DNA of 64,000 nucleotides. Origin: an uncultured Acidimicrobiia bacterium (lineage in GTDB: Bacteria > Actinomycetota > Acidimicrobiia > Acidimicrobiales > JACDCH01). The translations under genes were made by a program, and so were the position numbers. Of this stretch, positions 27,901 to 38,342 are shown in pieces; position 1 is the first letter of the stretch, and the number at the start of each line of letters is the position of its first letter. Under the pieces are notes generated by a model. That model worked only from the letters and a program-made list of their open reading frames with translations. It made no database searches and was not told the DNA's origin. The stretch lies in NCBI GenBank assembly GCA_963802415.1, contig CAWDIH010000002.1:427543-491542 (forward strand), given 5' to 3'.

Positions 27901-28812
27901 TCAAGATGGCACGCGTCGTACACCCACCGCCTCGTGCAAGTGTCGAGCTACCACATCGGGTTGGTCCCACTGCGGCCAGTGTGTCGCGTCCTCGACGAAG
28001 TTCACGGTGGGCTCGCGGAAATGGGCCGCGAGCTCGCGGGCGAGGTCGGAGCTGAGGTACTCGTCGCCGGCGCCGAACAACAGCGTGACGGGCATGTCGA
28101 GGTCGCGCAAACGTCCCGCGTCGATGACCGCATCTTGTCGGTCGAGCGCGCTGAAGAGTCCGGCGGTCCACGCCCGGATCGCAGGCAACGCGTGAGGATT
28201 CTCGGCGTCACCGAAGAACTGGGGGAGCACGGCGACCGCGCCGATGCCGGCGGGATCGAAGGCGTCGATCCCGAAGCGCCGAGCGGTGTGTTGGAGGAGC
28301 CACAAGCGTTGGTCGGCGTCGTCGAGCATTGCGTCGGCGAGCGGCGTGAGGTTCGGATCGGCGAGCAGCCGGATCATCTCGGGGAACTGCCCCGAGGCTG
28401 CGCGCCCGAAGTAGGTGTTGAGGAGGATGAGGTGAATGACGCGACTGGGATCGCTCAGGGCATGATCGATGGCGACGGGACCGGAGGCATCGTGTCCGAC
28501 GAGCGCGGCGTGTTCGATCGCAAGGGTGTCGAGGACGGCGGTCAACTCGTGTTCGTGGTGGTCAGCGTCGAGAGTGCCGGGATCGGGCCGATCCGAGCGG
28601 CCGTAACCCACGAAGTCGAAGGACAGGACGCGCTGCGGAGCGAGCAAGCCGGCGAGCCGGTTGTAGATCCGAGAGTCATCCGGGAAGCCGTGCATGAGCA
28701 CGAACGCCGGTTCTCGGCCGGGACGGTCGTTCACATGGAGCCGCCCGTACGGCAGTTCCACCGAATGGTCGGTGCCGACGGGTTGTGGACTCGACGTGTT
28801 GGGTGTGTTCAT
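27901..28812 (-). CDS. alpha/beta-fold hydrolase
   Basis: FVLMHGFPD...FDFVGYGRSD...LVGHDASGPVA. The nucleophile-elbow position carries D, as in dehalogenase/epoxide-hydrolase-like enzymes. Confidence 0.8.
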   Translation of the reverse strand: MNTPNTSSPQPVGTDHSVELPYGRLHVNDRPGREPAFVLMHGFPDDSRIYNRLAGLLAPQRVLSFDFVGYGRSDRPDPGTLDADHHEHELTAVLDTLAIEHAALVGHDASGPVAIDHALSDPSRVIHLILLNTYFGRAASGQFPEMIRLLADPNLTPLADAMLDDADQRLWLLQHTARRFGIDAFDPAGIGAVAVLPQFFGDAENPHALPAIRAWTAGLFSALDRQDAVIDAGRLRDLDMPVTLLFGAGDEYLSSDLARELAAHFREPTVNFVEDATHWPQWDQPDVVARHLHEAVGVRRVPS

Positions 28813-28951
28813 CGGCGACTCCTCGAGTCGGGGCAGACAGCGTCAACCGGTGGTTTTGCGGACGAACACGCGGGACGTCATCAGCAGACCGTACGACTAG
28901 ACCTTCCTTTTTACAAGTAGACACTGATGTGAAAGAAGCAACAGTGGTAGG

Positions 28952-29590
28952 TTGCGAGCTGTGAAGTCGTACCGTCAGTTCTGCTCGGTCGCGCGGACGC
29001 TTGATGTCATTGGCGACCGTTGGGCGCTCCTCGTCGTCAGGGAGCTGCAGCTCGGTCCTCGCAGGTACAGCGACCTGCTCCACGGACTCCCCGGAGTCGG
29101 GACCAACGTGCTGGCCACCCGGCTCCGGGAACTCGAGGAGGCGGGCATCGTTGCTCGCCGCCAACTGCCGGCGCCCACTCCCGCAACGGTCTACGAACTG
29201 ACGGAGGACGGCGAGGATCTTCGCGGCGTCGTCGATTCACTCGCCCAATGGGGCGCACGGCGAATGACCCATCCGGCGAAAGACGACACCGTGGAGCCAC
29301 GCTGGCTCGTCGGATCGCTGGCCGCGACGGTTGATGCGTCGCGATTCGATGACGGCGCGACCTTCGCGCTCCGTGTCGACCACGAACCGTTCACGCTGGG
29401 CGTCGACGCCGGGAGACTCACCGCCGGCCACGGCGAACCCACGCACGCGGTCGCGACCCTGGTCGGCACGTTGCGCGACTTCTTCGCAGCTGTCAAAGGC
29501 GATAGAGCCGCGGCGCGACGGATCAAGGTCGATGGTGACCGCAGCGCGGGGCGGATGCTCGTCGCCGAGATCACGGGCACGAACGTCTGA
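28952..29590 (+). CDS. HxlR-type winged-helix regulator with C-terminal SCP2-like extension
   Basis: CSVARTLDVIGDRWALLVVRELQLGPRRYSDLLHGLPGVGTNVLATRLRELEEAGIV...VYELT. TTG 28952 or GTG 28961 start. Confidence 0.75.
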   Translation: MRAVKSYRQFCSVARTLDVIGDRWALLVVRELQLGPRRYSDLLHGLPGVGTNVLATRLRELEEAGIVARRQLPAPTPATVYELTEDGEDLRGVVDSLAQWGARRMTHPAKDDTVEPRWLVGSLAATVDASRFDDGATFALRVDHEPFTLGVDAGRLTAGHGEPTHAVATLVGTLRDFFAAVKGDRAAARRIKVDGDRSAGRMLVAEITGTNV

Positions 29591-29627
29591 GCCAGGTCGC
29601 CGACCGACCTCCGATACCGTCTGTGCG

Positions 29628-30464
29628 ATGGAGGTCGCCGGTGCTCGTTCGGTTGTCATCGGCTCCGGCAGCGGCGTTGGTCGGGGCATTGCGTTGGGAG
29701 TGGCGGAAAGCGGCGCACGTGTTGTCGTTGCCGACATCGATCCCGTCAGCGCAGACGCCATCAGCGACGAGATCAAAGCCGCGGGTGGAGAAGCAGTCAG
29801 CGCCGTAGTCGACGGGACGGAGCGAGCATCGCTGCGGGCGCTCGCCGAACACGCAACCGCGGCCTTCGGCGGCGTCGACATCCTCGCCAGCAACGTCGGC
29901 GTGTTGACGTCCGCACCGCTCGATCAGTCCGACGAGCGCGAGTGGGCGTGGGCAATCGAGCTCAACCTGCTTTCACACGTGCGCGCCGTCGACGTGTTCC
30001 TTCCCTTCCTTCGATCGGGAGGACCACCGGCACACATCGTCCTCACCGCCTCGATGGCGGCGATCTACACCCCGGCGCGCATCAGCGGCGTCCACCTCGG
30101 TGTCTACAGCGCGACCAAGCACGCCGTTCTCGGCTACGGCGAGACGCTGCGGGGCGAGCTGGCGGACGAGGGGATCGGTGTCTCGGTGCTGTGCCCGGGA
30201 ATGGTGCGCTCCAACCTCGGGGTGACTTCGGCCCGTCACCGGCCCGAGCGACACGGCGGACCGTTCGAGCCACGTGTACCGCCGTCGGCCCGCGGCCCGT
30301 CAGAACCTCGGCCAGGCATGCTCGAGCCGGAAGCGGTGAGTCCTTTCGTGATCCGCGGCATCCGCGCCAACCGGTTGCACATCCTCACGCACCCGAGTCA
30401 GGTGCCGCTCATCGAAGAACGTCACGCCGCGCTGGTCGACGACTTCCGCTTCTTCGGTGGGTGA
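29628..30464 (+). CDS. SDR-family oxidoreductase
   Basis: VVIGSGSGVGRGIA (TGxxxGxG-like) and YSATKHAVLGY (YxxxK). Start ATG 29628. The upstream part of the track ORF is shadow. Confidence 0.85.
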   Translation: MEVAGARSVVIGSGSGVGRGIALGVAESGARVVVADIDPVSADAISDEIKAAGGEAVSAVVDGTERASLRALAEHATAAFGGVDILASNVGVLTSAPLDQSDEREWAWAIELNLLSHVRAVDVFLPFLRSGGPPAHIVLTASMAAIYTPARISGVHLGVYSATKHAVLGYGETLRGELADEGIGVSVLCPGMVRSNLGVTSARHRPERHGGPFEPRVPPSARGPSEPRPGMLEPEAVSPFVIRGIRANRLHILTHPSQVPLIEERHAALVDDFRFFGG

Positions 30465-30491
30465 CGTGACTCTGGCGACGACGTCGTCAAG

Positions 30492-31199
30492 TCAGGCGTT
30501 TGCGATGGGAACGTCGAACACCTCACACCAGATCAGCACGGTCCAGTCGCCGCTTCCGAGGTCGACATCACTCGGGACTTCGTAGTACTGGGTGCCCTTG
30601 TTGCCGCGAAGGTCATCGAGGCGGGTCCCGCCGTCCTTGTCGCGGCGGTCGGGACCCGGTACGACGTACACGACGTAGTGCGGGCCCGGTTGGATGTCGA
30701 TGTTCTCGAGGCCGACTACGTAACGACCATCGACCGTGCGGTACGTCGTCACCGTGCCGGACGCACGATGGTCGATTCCGGTGAACGTCGACGTCCTGAC
30801 TGCGACTTGCTGCGGCGCGGCTGCGGGCGGCGCAGCTGCGGGCGGCGCCTCGGGCGAGGCCGTTGATGTCGGCGCCGCCGCAGCCGCCGTCTGCATCGGA
30901 AACATCTCCACCACCGTGCGGCTGTCGTATGCCGGGAAGACCACGACTCGTAACATGCCGAGCGCAGCGACGGTGAACACCACGATGCCCGCGGCGCGCC
31001 AGGGGACGAGACGGGCCAGGAGCCACCGCGTGACCAACCACGCTGCCGCCAGCAGGATGATCAGCACGATCGCCTTCTGGCTCTTGAGCCCGCTGAGAGC
31101 GGCTCGCGGTTCGGTGACGGCGAAGAGTGTCAGGCCGATCGCGAGCAGGGCCTCCGGCGCGAACTCGTACCAGCGCCAGCGCCTGCGTGTCCGTCGCAT
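30492..31199 (-). CDS. DM13-domain membrane-anchored protein
   Basis: N-terminal TM segments, an Ala/Pro-rich linker, then GTFTGIDHRASGTVTTYR...LENIDIQPGPHYVVYVVPG. Confidence 0.65.
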   Translation of the reverse strand: MRRTRRRWRWYEFAPEALLAIGLTLFAVTEPRAALSGLKSQKAIVLIILLAAAWLVTRWLLARLVPWRAAGIVVFTVAALGMLRVVVFPAYDSRTVVEMFPMQTAAAAAPTSTASPEAPPAAAPPAAAPQQVAVRTSTFTGIDHRASGTVTTYRTVDGRYVVGLENIDIQPGPHYVVYVVPGPDRRDKDGGTRLDDLRGNKGTQYYEVPSDVDLGSGDWTVLIWCEVFDVPIANA

Positions 31200-31302
31200 G
31201 TCCTACTGTCCCTCCGGGGCACCGGGCGTTACGGCGTAGCGGCCGGGAGGTGCTGGGACAGCCAAGCGGTGACGCGTGCTGCTGACCGACGTCGAGGGTT
31301 CC

Positions 31303-32067
31303 TCACCAGGAGACGAGTTCGGGGTCGACAGAGCGAAGGTGATGGACTTCGTTCAGGCTCCGCACGACGCGGCGCTCGCCGTGGGCGACGACGCGGTGGA
31401 CCGACGCGTGGTTCGGCCGGAACCACATGTCCTCGCTGGTGATCCCGAGGACCGAGCCCACGTAAGTGTTGATGACGCCGCCGTGGCAGGCGACCACGAT
31501 CGTCGAGCCCGGGTGCGTTGCGATGATCCCTTCGACTGCCATCACCACGCGATGGCGGAGCTCCTCGCCGGTCTCACCATAGGGATAGACATCCCACCGT
31601 CGTTCTCGCGTGAAGCGCTCACGAACTCCGCGTAGCAGGAGTGGGTCGAGGGCATCCAGAAGTGTCGTCCCTTCAGGCAGGTCTCGGAACAGCTCGATCT
31701 CGCGCAGCTCGGCGATGGCCTGCACGTCGAGGCCGTGGTGGGCGGCCACCGCCCGGCCCGTCTCGAGCGCTCGCTTGAGCGGGCTGGCGTAAACCTCGTC
31801 GATCGGCTCGGCCGCCAGTCCGACGCCCATGGCCTCGGCCTGACGCTTGCCGCGTGCTGACAGAGGCGGGTCGATCCAGTCTTCGCGCGTTGCTGACTGC
31901 GGCTGGTCCGGCACGACCTGCTCACCGTGACGCACGAGGACGATCGTCGTCAGCCCCTCTATGTGGGTCAGGAACGCGCTGTCGAGCGCCGTCGTCGGCG
32001 GCGGCGGGCTGGGCGGCTCGGCTGGCTCGGTTGGCGTCGACGGGGTGGTGGGAAGCCGGTCGCTCAC
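31303..32067 (-). CDS. histidine phosphatase (phosphoglycerate-mutase-like) family protein
   Basis: IVLVRHGEQ (RHG motif), SPLKRALETG and VVACHGGVIN. Pro/Thr-rich N-terminus. Confidence 0.8.
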   Translation of the reverse strand: MSDRLPTTPSTPTEPAEPPSPPPPTTALDSAFLTHIEGLTTIVLVRHGEQVVPDQPQSATREDWIDPPLSARGKRQAEAMGVGLAAEPIDEVYASPLKRALETGRAVAAHHGLDVQAIAELREIELFRDLPEGTTLLDALDPLLLRGVRERFTRERRWDVYPYGETGEELRHRVVMAVEGIIATHPGSTIVVACHGGVINTYVGSVLGITSEDMWFRPNHASVHRVVAHGERRVVRSLNEVHHLRSVDPELVSW

Positions 32068-32258
32068 ATCAGCGACGCTTGCACAGTTCGGAAGCCCGCG
32101 AAATCAGAGCCTCGGCGACGTCGCCGCCGATGCGCAGGCTCGGAGCGACTGCCGGCTGAACCGGTGATCACGACTACGACAGTCATGCCGGACAGTGACT
32201 GTTGTCGCTCCCAAAGCCGGTCGCGACGGTTTTCCGCGACGTTCGCGGTCAAACAGCC

Positions 32259-33698
32259 ATGGACACCACGACATCGCGAACCCACGCCGGCGTGATCCTG
32301 GCCTTGACGTGCGCCGCTCAGTTCATGGTCGTGCTCGACATCGCGATCGTGAACGTGGCCTTGCCGTCCGTCCAACAGGACCTCGACGTCAGCGAGAGCA
32401 CCTTGCAGTGGGTGGTCATCGCGTACGGCCTCATGCTCGGAGGATTCCTGCTGCTCGGCGGCAGGATGGCCGACCTCCTCGGGCGACGGCGGATCCTCGT
32501 CACGGGGATGACCATCTTCTCCGCCGCGTCGTTGGTATCGGGCATCGCTCAATCGGCGACCGTTCTCATCACGGCGCGAGGCTTCCAGGGATTCGGCGCC
32601 GCCCTCGTCGCGCCGGCGGCGCTGTCGATCCTGGCCGTCACCTTCTCCGAGGGTCAGCAGCGGAACCGCGCGCTGGGCATCTTCGGCGCCATCGGCGGGG
32701 GCGCGGCCTCGGTCGGGGTGATCGCCAGCGGGCTTCTGACCGATGGGCCCGGCTGGCGCTGGGTGTTCTTCATCAACATCCCTCTTGGTATCGCGCTCAT
32801 CACCCTTGCGATGGCCTTCCTGGCCCCAGATCGAGGAGAGCGCGGAACGCGGAACTTCGATGTCGCCGGTGCCACCACAGTGACCGGCGGACTCCTGCTG
32901 CTCGTCTACGGCTTGAACCGGGGAGCGGAGGACGGCTGGACCACGACCACGACGCTCTTGCTGTTCGGGGCGGCGGCGCTCCTGCTGGCGTCGTTCGTGC
33001 GGATCGAGGCCCGTTCGCCCGCGCCCCTCATCCCCGCCGCGGTGGTGAGGCACCGAACGCTGGTCGCCGCGAACCTCTCGGCCTTCTTCGCCTTCAGCGC
33101 GTTCTTCTCCTTCATCTTCCTCGGCTCGCTGCTGATGCAGCAGATCCTGGGGTACTCGCCGACGAAGACCGGGGTGGCCTGGCTCGCAACGTCCATCACG
33201 GCATTCGTCGGGTCTGCGGCCGCCGGCGCCCGGCTCGTTGCCACCGTCGGCGTGCGGAGGCTGATCGTGACCGGGCTGACGCTGCTGGCGATCGGCATGC
33301 TCTGGCTGGCGCGGGTACCGGCCGACGCCAGCTTCGTCACCGATCTGCTTCCGGCGTTCCTGCTCGCAGGGGTGGCAATCGGACTGTGCGCCCCCTCGGC
33401 CCAGATCGGGGCACTGTCGGGAGTCTCCGAATCGACGTCGGGGCTCGCGTCGGGCCTGGTCGAGACCATGCGGGAGATCGGCGGCGCCGCCGGCGTCGCC
33501 GCGGTGTCGACCGCACTCGTCTCGCGAGCCGGAATCGAGGGCTTCCGCGCCGGCTTCGTCGTGATCTGCGTCACCGCCGCGCTCGGGGCCGTGACCGCGG
33601 GGGTCGTTTTCCAGCGCCGGAGCGATCCGCTGAAGCGCGACGTGTCCTTGCCGCAAAGGAGAATGGAATGGACATCGCCGACAAGGAAATACTCGTGA
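32259..33698 (+). CDS. MFS transporter (DHA2, 14-TM drug:H+ antiporter type)
   Basis: FMVVLDIAIVNVALPSVQQDL...GGRMADLLGRRRIL. An intact single frame, in contrast to the paralog at 22109-23724. Confidence 0.85.
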   Translation: MDTTTSRTHAGVILALTCAAQFMVVLDIAIVNVALPSVQQDLDVSESTLQWVVIAYGLMLGGFLLLGGRMADLLGRRRILVTGMTIFSAASLVSGIAQSATVLITARGFQGFGAALVAPAALSILAVTFSEGQQRNRALGIFGAIGGGAASVGVIASGLLTDGPGWRWVFFINIPLGIALITLAMAFLAPDRGERGTRNFDVAGATTVTGGLLLLVYGLNRGAEDGWTTTTTLLLFGAAALLLASFVRIEARSPAPLIPAAVVRHRTLVAANLSAFFAFSAFFSFIFLGSLLMQQILGYSPTKTGVAWLATSITAFVGSAAAGARLVATVGVRRLIVTGLTLLAIGMLWLARVPADASFVTDLLPAFLLAGVAIGLCAPSAQIGALSGVSESTSGLASGLVETMREIGGAAGVAAVSTALVSRAGIEGFRAGFVVICVTAALGAVTAGVVFQRRSDPLKRDVSLPQRRMEWTSPTRKYS

Positions 33699-34405
33699 CC
33701 GGCGCCAACCGCGGCATCGGACAGGCCCTGGTCGACGAAGCCTTGAGGAGAGGCGCGAAGCGGGTGTACGCCGGCACGCGCCAACCCTTGGCCCACGCCG
33801 ATGTGCGCGTCACGCCGCTGACGCTGGATGTGACCAACGCCGCGCAGATCCGGGCCGCCGTTGAGAGCGTCGAGTCGCTCGACGTCCTGATCAACAACGC
33901 CGGCGTCGCTCTGTACGACGACTTGAGCGATCGGGCCGTGCTCGAGCACCACCTCGCCGTCAACCTCTTCGGCACCTACGGCGTTACCCAGGCGTTTCTG
34001 CCACTGCTGACCCGTTCCGGGGGAGCCATCGTCAACAACGTGTCAGTGCTGGCCTTCGCTCCCTTGCCCCTGACCCCGGCCTACGCGATCTCCAAGGCAG
34101 CCGCGTTCAACTTGACGCAATCGCTGCGTGCTCTTCTCGCTGGACGCGGTGTGCGCGTACATGCCGCGCTGACCGGACCCGTGGACACCGACATGACCCG
34201 CGACTTCGACATCCCGAAGGCGTCTCCGGAGTCCGTTGCCCGCGCCATCTTCGACGGCGTGGTGAGCGGGGAGGACGACATCTTCCCCGATCCGATGTCG
34301 GCGAGCATGGCCGAGAGCTGGCGCAACGGCGCGGCCAAGGCCTTCGAGCGCCAGAATGCGGGCTTCGTCGACGCACAGTCCGTCACGTCAAACGCACGAG
34401 CATGA
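33668..34405 (+). CDS. SDR-family oxidoreductase
   Basis: ILVTGANRGIGQAL, INNAG and YAISKAAAFNL. Only the 3' third of the 736-aa track ORF is genuine. Confidence 0.85.
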   Translation: MDIADKEILVTGANRGIGQALVDEALRRGAKRVYAGTRQPLAHADVRVTPLTLDVTNAAQIRAAVESVESLDVLINNAGVALYDDLSDRAVLEHHLAVNLFGTYGVTQAFLPLLTRSGGAIVNNVSVLAFAPLPLTPAYAISKAAAFNLTQSLRALLAGRGVRVHAALTGPVDTDMTRDFDIPKASPESVARAIFDGVVSGEDDIFPDPMSASMAESWRNGAAKAFERQNAGFVDAQSVTSNARA

Positions 34406-34474
34406 CCTCTCGGTGATGCGCTCGCGCCCGTCAAACCGAGCAGACCCATCTGGAACAGCTGGGCGTGTACGTAC

Positions 34475-34996
34475 TCACCGCCGCCGGACTCCAGACGCTT
34501 CGATGAGCGTGTCCGTGAACTCGGCGTGTTCCGCGGGCATGCCCGGACCGGGTCGGGCCTCGACCTCGGACGGGTCGTGCACGTGACCGCACGTCGCGCA
34601 CACGACCTCGTGGCTGATCTGCGAGCCGCACCGCGTGTGGCGGTAGACGATCGGCGGACCGTCGGGAGCGGCCCACCGGTCGCCCCACTCGGTTAGCGCG
34701 ATGAGCGCGGGCGCGAGGTCGCGGCCCTTGTCGGTCAGGATGTATTCGAACAGTTCAGGCTGCTCGGAGTACCGGTGCCGCCGCATGATCCCGGCGTCGA
34801 CGAAGCCATCGAGGCGGTCCTTGAGGATGTTGGTCGCGATCCCGAGGCTGCGCTGAAAGTCGCTGTAACGCGTCGAACCGGCGAACAGGGCGTCGCGGAT
34901 GATGAGCAGGCTCCATCGTTCGCCCGCCACCTCGAGAGCGCGTGCGATTGAGCACACCTGGGCGTCGTAGGTCTTGCCGAGCACGCCCTCCATCAT
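34475..34996 (-). CDS. HxlR-family regulator with Cys-containing C-terminal extension
   Basis: CSIARALEVAGERWSLLIIRDALFAGSTRYSDFQRSLGIATNILKDRL...FEYILT. The tail contains HTRCGSQ...CATCGH. Confidence 0.8.
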   Translation of the reverse strand: MMEGVLGKTYDAQVCSIARALEVAGERWSLLIIRDALFAGSTRYSDFQRSLGIATNILKDRLDGFVDAGIMRRHRYSEQPELFEYILTDKGRDLAPALIALTEWGDRWAAPDGPPIVYRHTRCGSQISHEVVCATCGHVHDPSEVEARPGPGMPAEHAEFTDTLIEASGVRRR

Positions 34997-35059
34997 AGGC
35001 CGTCACTTGCATAATGAAAGTATGCCGCTCAGCGCCGGACTGCGAGTGGCGCCACCCGT

Positions 35060-35230
35060 CGCGCACATTGTCGACTCACCAACCGATTTCGGTGGCTGAG
35101 TCGACACAGACACGTCTCCGGCCACGTCTGTGTCGGCTGAGCGACGGATCTGGTGGCTGAGTCGACACAGACGCGATGGCGGTGAGGTCCGTGTCGACTG
35201 ACCCACCCGTTCGGTGCCTGGGGTCTCGAT
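35060..35230 (+). repeat. palindromic hairpin repeat array, locus C (3 units, the last degenerate)
   Basis: Starts CGCGCACATTGTCGACTCACC. Two 14-nt spacers. Lies downstream of the MMPL gene and upstream of the HxlR gene. Confidence 0.9.
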
Positions 35231-35251
35231 CGCCCGAGAACCATCGGCTGC

Positions 35252-35288
35252 GGGGAGCCGCCGCCAGGGTGGATAGCGGCGGCTCCCC
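35252..35288 (-). terminator. 13-bp perfect GC hairpin downstream of the MMPL gene
   Basis: GGGGAGCCGCCGC-cagggtggata-GCGGCGGCTCCCC lies 23 nt past the stop at 35311. No U-tract. Confidence 0.55.
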
Positions 35289-35310
35289 GACATCTGTCGG
35301 CGAGCGTGCG

Positions 35311-37443
35311 TCAGCGGCCGGCGCCGACGAGCTCCTTCTCGGGTGCGGATGGGATCTCGACCTCGGTGGGCGCTTCTTCGATGCGAACCCGCGGCACGAT
35401 CCGCTGCAGCCAGCGCGGTAGCCACCAGTTGGCGTCGCCGAGCAGCTCCATGGTCGCGGGCACGAGCACCACGCGGACGATCGTGGCGTCGATTGCGACC
35501 GCGACCGCGAGACCCAAGCCGATGAGCTTGAGCGCCCGCAGGTCCGCGACCACGAAGCTGCCGAACACGAACACCATGATCAAGGCCGCTGCGGTGATGA
35601 CGCGGGCCGTGCCGGCGAGTCCTTCCGCCACGGCGGTGGCGTTGTCACCGCTGCGGTCGTACTCCTCGCGCACCGCGCTCAGTAGGAACACTTCGTAGTC
35701 CATCGAGAGCCCGAAGACGATGGCGAAGAGCATCATCGGGACCCACGGCTCGATCGGTGCCGCGCTGACGTTCAGCAGGTCGGCGCCCCATCCCCACTGG
35801 AACACGGCGACGATGACGCCGTACGCCGCGCCAATCGACAGCAGGTTCATGATCACTGCCTTGAGCGGCACGAGCAGGGAGCGGAACACGACGAGCAGAA
35901 GCAGGAAGCTCAGTGTCAGGACTGCGCCCACGAAGATCGGCAGCCGCTGGCCGATCACATCGGCGAAATCGATGTTGTTGGCAGTCTGACCGCCGAGCTT
36001 CACGTCCAGCCCGGCGCCAGCGGTTGCCTGCGGCACGACGTCGTCGCGCAGATGGTGGACGAGTTGCTGTGTCGCCTCGTCTTGTGGCCCTGTCGTGGGA
36101 ATGACAGTCGCGAGCGCGGCGGTTCCCGATGGATTCAGCGTTGCGTCGCTCACCGACGCGACGCCCGGTGTGGCGCGCAACGTGTCTATGAGCTTGGGAA
36201 GTCCGGCGACGGCTCCCGGCTGCGATGCGTCAGCCACGACGAGGATCGGGCCATTGGCGCCGGGCCCGAAGCCGGTCGCGATCAGCTCGTACGCCTTGTG
36301 AGTCGTACTCGAGGGCGGATCGGTGCTGGCATCGGCGCCGCCGAGACGAAGGGCGAGCGCAGGCACGGCGAGCGTGAGCAGGACGACCAAACCGGCCGCC
36401 GCGATGAAACCGGGGCGCCGTTGCACGACCCGTGCCCACCGGTGCCACATGGTCTCGCCGGTGTGCTGCTTCCGCCGGCCGACCCGGAACCGATCGATCG
36501 TCGTTCCGACGAAACCCAGGAGCGCAGGCAGCAGCGTGACGGCCGCGACGACCGCGACGAATACTGCGAGAGACGTGCCGACGGCGAGGCCGTGCAGGAA
36601 CGGCAACCCCATGAGGAGGATGCCGAGCACCGAGATCATGACCGTGACACCGGCGAAGACGACTGCGCGGCCCGATGTGTTCATGGCTTCGATGACAGCC
36701 GCTTCCGGTGACCCGGTCCGATGCAACGCGTTGCGGTATCGGGTGACGATGAAGAGTGCGTAGTCGATGCCGACGCCGATGCCGATCATGGCGGCGACTT
36801 GCGGCGCGAAGTCAGGCGTGCTGAGGAAGTTCGCCAGCACACCGATGCCGACGGCGGAGACGCCGATCCCGATGAGCGCCGTCACGATCGGCAGACCCAT
36901 CGCGATCAGCGAGCCGAACGCGATGAGAAGGACGACGATCGCCGCGAGTACTCCAATGACCTCACTCGCGGGGAGCTCGACGTCGTTGAACCACTGTCCC
37001 CCGAACTGCACGTCGACGTCCTGCGCCGCCAGCGGTTTCGCGAGGTCCTTCACATCGTGAGCGACGGACGCCGGATCTGTGTTCGAGTCGTTCGCGATGG
37101 TGATCGGCGCAATGGCAACGGCGCCGCCCGGGGAGATCTGAAGCGGTGCGACATCCATCACACCCGGCGTCTTGGCGACTTCGGCCAGGTAGGCGTCGAC
37201 GGCGGGCCTGTTCTGACGAATGTCTGGGAAGACGATCTGTCCTTCGTCGCCGTGACGCGCTGGAAAGTCGTGCGCGAGTCGGTCGTACGCGGTCTGCGAG
37301 TCCGTGTTCGGTAGCCGGCCCGACTTCGCATAATCGCCGGCGAGGGCCGAGCCCGCCGCGATCGCGATGACGAAGACCAGCACCCATAAACCGACAACCA
37401 CGCGGCGGTGGTGGAACGACGTCCGGGCAAGGCGAGTCAGCAC
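35311..37443 (-). CDS. MMPL-family (RND superfamily) transporter
   Basis: 710-aa ORF with two 6-TM bundles. Contains ...GIGVGIDYALFIVTRYR... and ...GLSMDYEVFLLSAVREEY... Confidence 0.85.
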   Translation of the reverse strand: MLTRLARTSFHHRRVVVGLWVLVFVIAIAAGSALAGDYAKSGRLPNTDSQTAYDRLAHDFPARHGDEGQIVFPDIRQNRPAVDAYLAEVAKTPGVMDVAPLQISPGGAVAIAPITIANDSNTDPASVAHDVKDLAKPLAAQDVDVQFGGQWFNDVELPASEVIGVLAAIVVLLIAFGSLIAMGLPIVTALIGIGVSAVGIGVLANFLSTPDFAPQVAAMIGIGVGIDYALFIVTRYRNALHRTGSPEAAVIEAMNTSGRAVVFAGVTVMISVLGILLMGLPFLHGLAVGTSLAVFVAVVAAVTLLPALLGFVGTTIDRFRVGRRKQHTGETMWHRWARVVQRRPGFIAAAGLVVLLTLAVPALALRLGGADASTDPPSSTTHKAYELIATGFGPGANGPILVVADASQPGAVAGLPKLIDTLRATPGVASVSDATLNPSGTAALATVIPTTGPQDEATQQLVHHLRDDVVPQATAGAGLDVKLGGQTANNIDFADVIGQRLPIFVGAVLTLSFLLLLVVFRSLLVPLKAVIMNLLSIGAAYGVIVAVFQWGWGADLLNVSAAPIEPWVPMMLFAIVFGLSMDYEVFLLSAVREEYDRSGDNATAVAEGLAGTARVITAAALIMVFVFGSFVVADLRALKLIGLGLAVAVAIDATIVRVVLVPATMELLGDANWWLPRWLQRIVPRVRIEEAPTEVEIPSAPEKELVGAGR

Positions 37444-37580
37444 GACGATCTCCTTGGCGGGTTGCAGCGTGTGGTGGCGGCACGGCGGCGACGACGCCGT
37501 GTTGGCATTGAATCGGACGTCTATGCGAGCGCGTTGTCATCGCGGTGTCGCATGCGTCACATCACCGCAGTCGATCAGCG

Positions 37581-38268
37581 TCAGAAACGCGCAATGGACG
37601 CGCGATCGACGTTGATCGCCGTCGCGATCAAACGGGTATGACGAGCGCTCGGCGCGCAGCCGTACATGGTCCCCACAGCGTGGCAGCCGACGAGGTGATC
37701 GTTCGTGAGCCCGAGCGCCTGCATGGCCGCATACATCGTCGTCGGGCCTACGAAGCGGAACCCGAGCCGAAGCATCGCTTTCGACAAGGCCGTCGACTCG
37801 GGAGTCGCTGACTGCATATCGCCGAAGCGGCGCGGCGCCGGACGACTTCCTCTACCACTACGCGGAGGCTCGAACGACCACACGAATGCTGCGAGTGTTC
37901 CGTATCGATCCTGCACGTCGACGGTCGCCCCGCGTTTGCGATGGTGGCTTCGATCTTGCCACGATGGCGGACGATGTCTGCGTCACCGAGCAGACGCTCT
38001 ACGTCGCGAGGACCGTACCCGCGACCTTGGCCGGGACGAAGCCGGCAAACGCTCGTCGGAAACCCTCGCGTTTGCGCAGGATCGTCAGCCACGACAGGCC
38101 CGACTGGAATCCTTCGAGACAGATCTTCTCGTACATGCGCACGTCGTCGATGACCGGCCTGCCCCATTCGTCATCGTGGTACGTGACGTAGTCGGGAGTC
38201 GACGCAGCCCACCCACATCGCCTCAGTCCGTCGTCGCCTCGTAGGAGGTCTGGGTTCGCTGCAGCCAT
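37581..38268 (-). pseudogene. tag: DNA-3-methyladenine glycosylase I, two frameshifts (~38019 and ~37930)
   Basis: CGWAASTPDYVTYHDDEWGRPV...EGFQSGLSWLTILRKREGFRRAF is in frame A. GYGPRDVERLLGDADIVRHRGKIEATIANA is in frame B. ATVDVQDRYGTLAAFVWSF...GPTTMYAAMQALGLTNDHLVGC is in frame C. Both junctions fall in C/G runs. Confidence 0.8.
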
Positions 38269-38342
38269 GTGCTTCAGCTTCGCGGCTGGAACGGCGAGTC
38301 GAACTCCGTGCCCGCAACCGTCCCCTCGGTTCGACGACGGCG

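Noticed and set aside
32064-33667. A 530-aa minus-strand ORF, together with the first ~490 codons of the 736-aa plus-strand ORF 32195-34405.
   Set aside because: Both overlap the MFS transporter frame (32259-33698), which has clear TM and DHA2 motifs. Their translations are Arg/Gly/Pro-rich. Only the 3' SDR part (33668-34405) of the 736-aa ORF is genuine.
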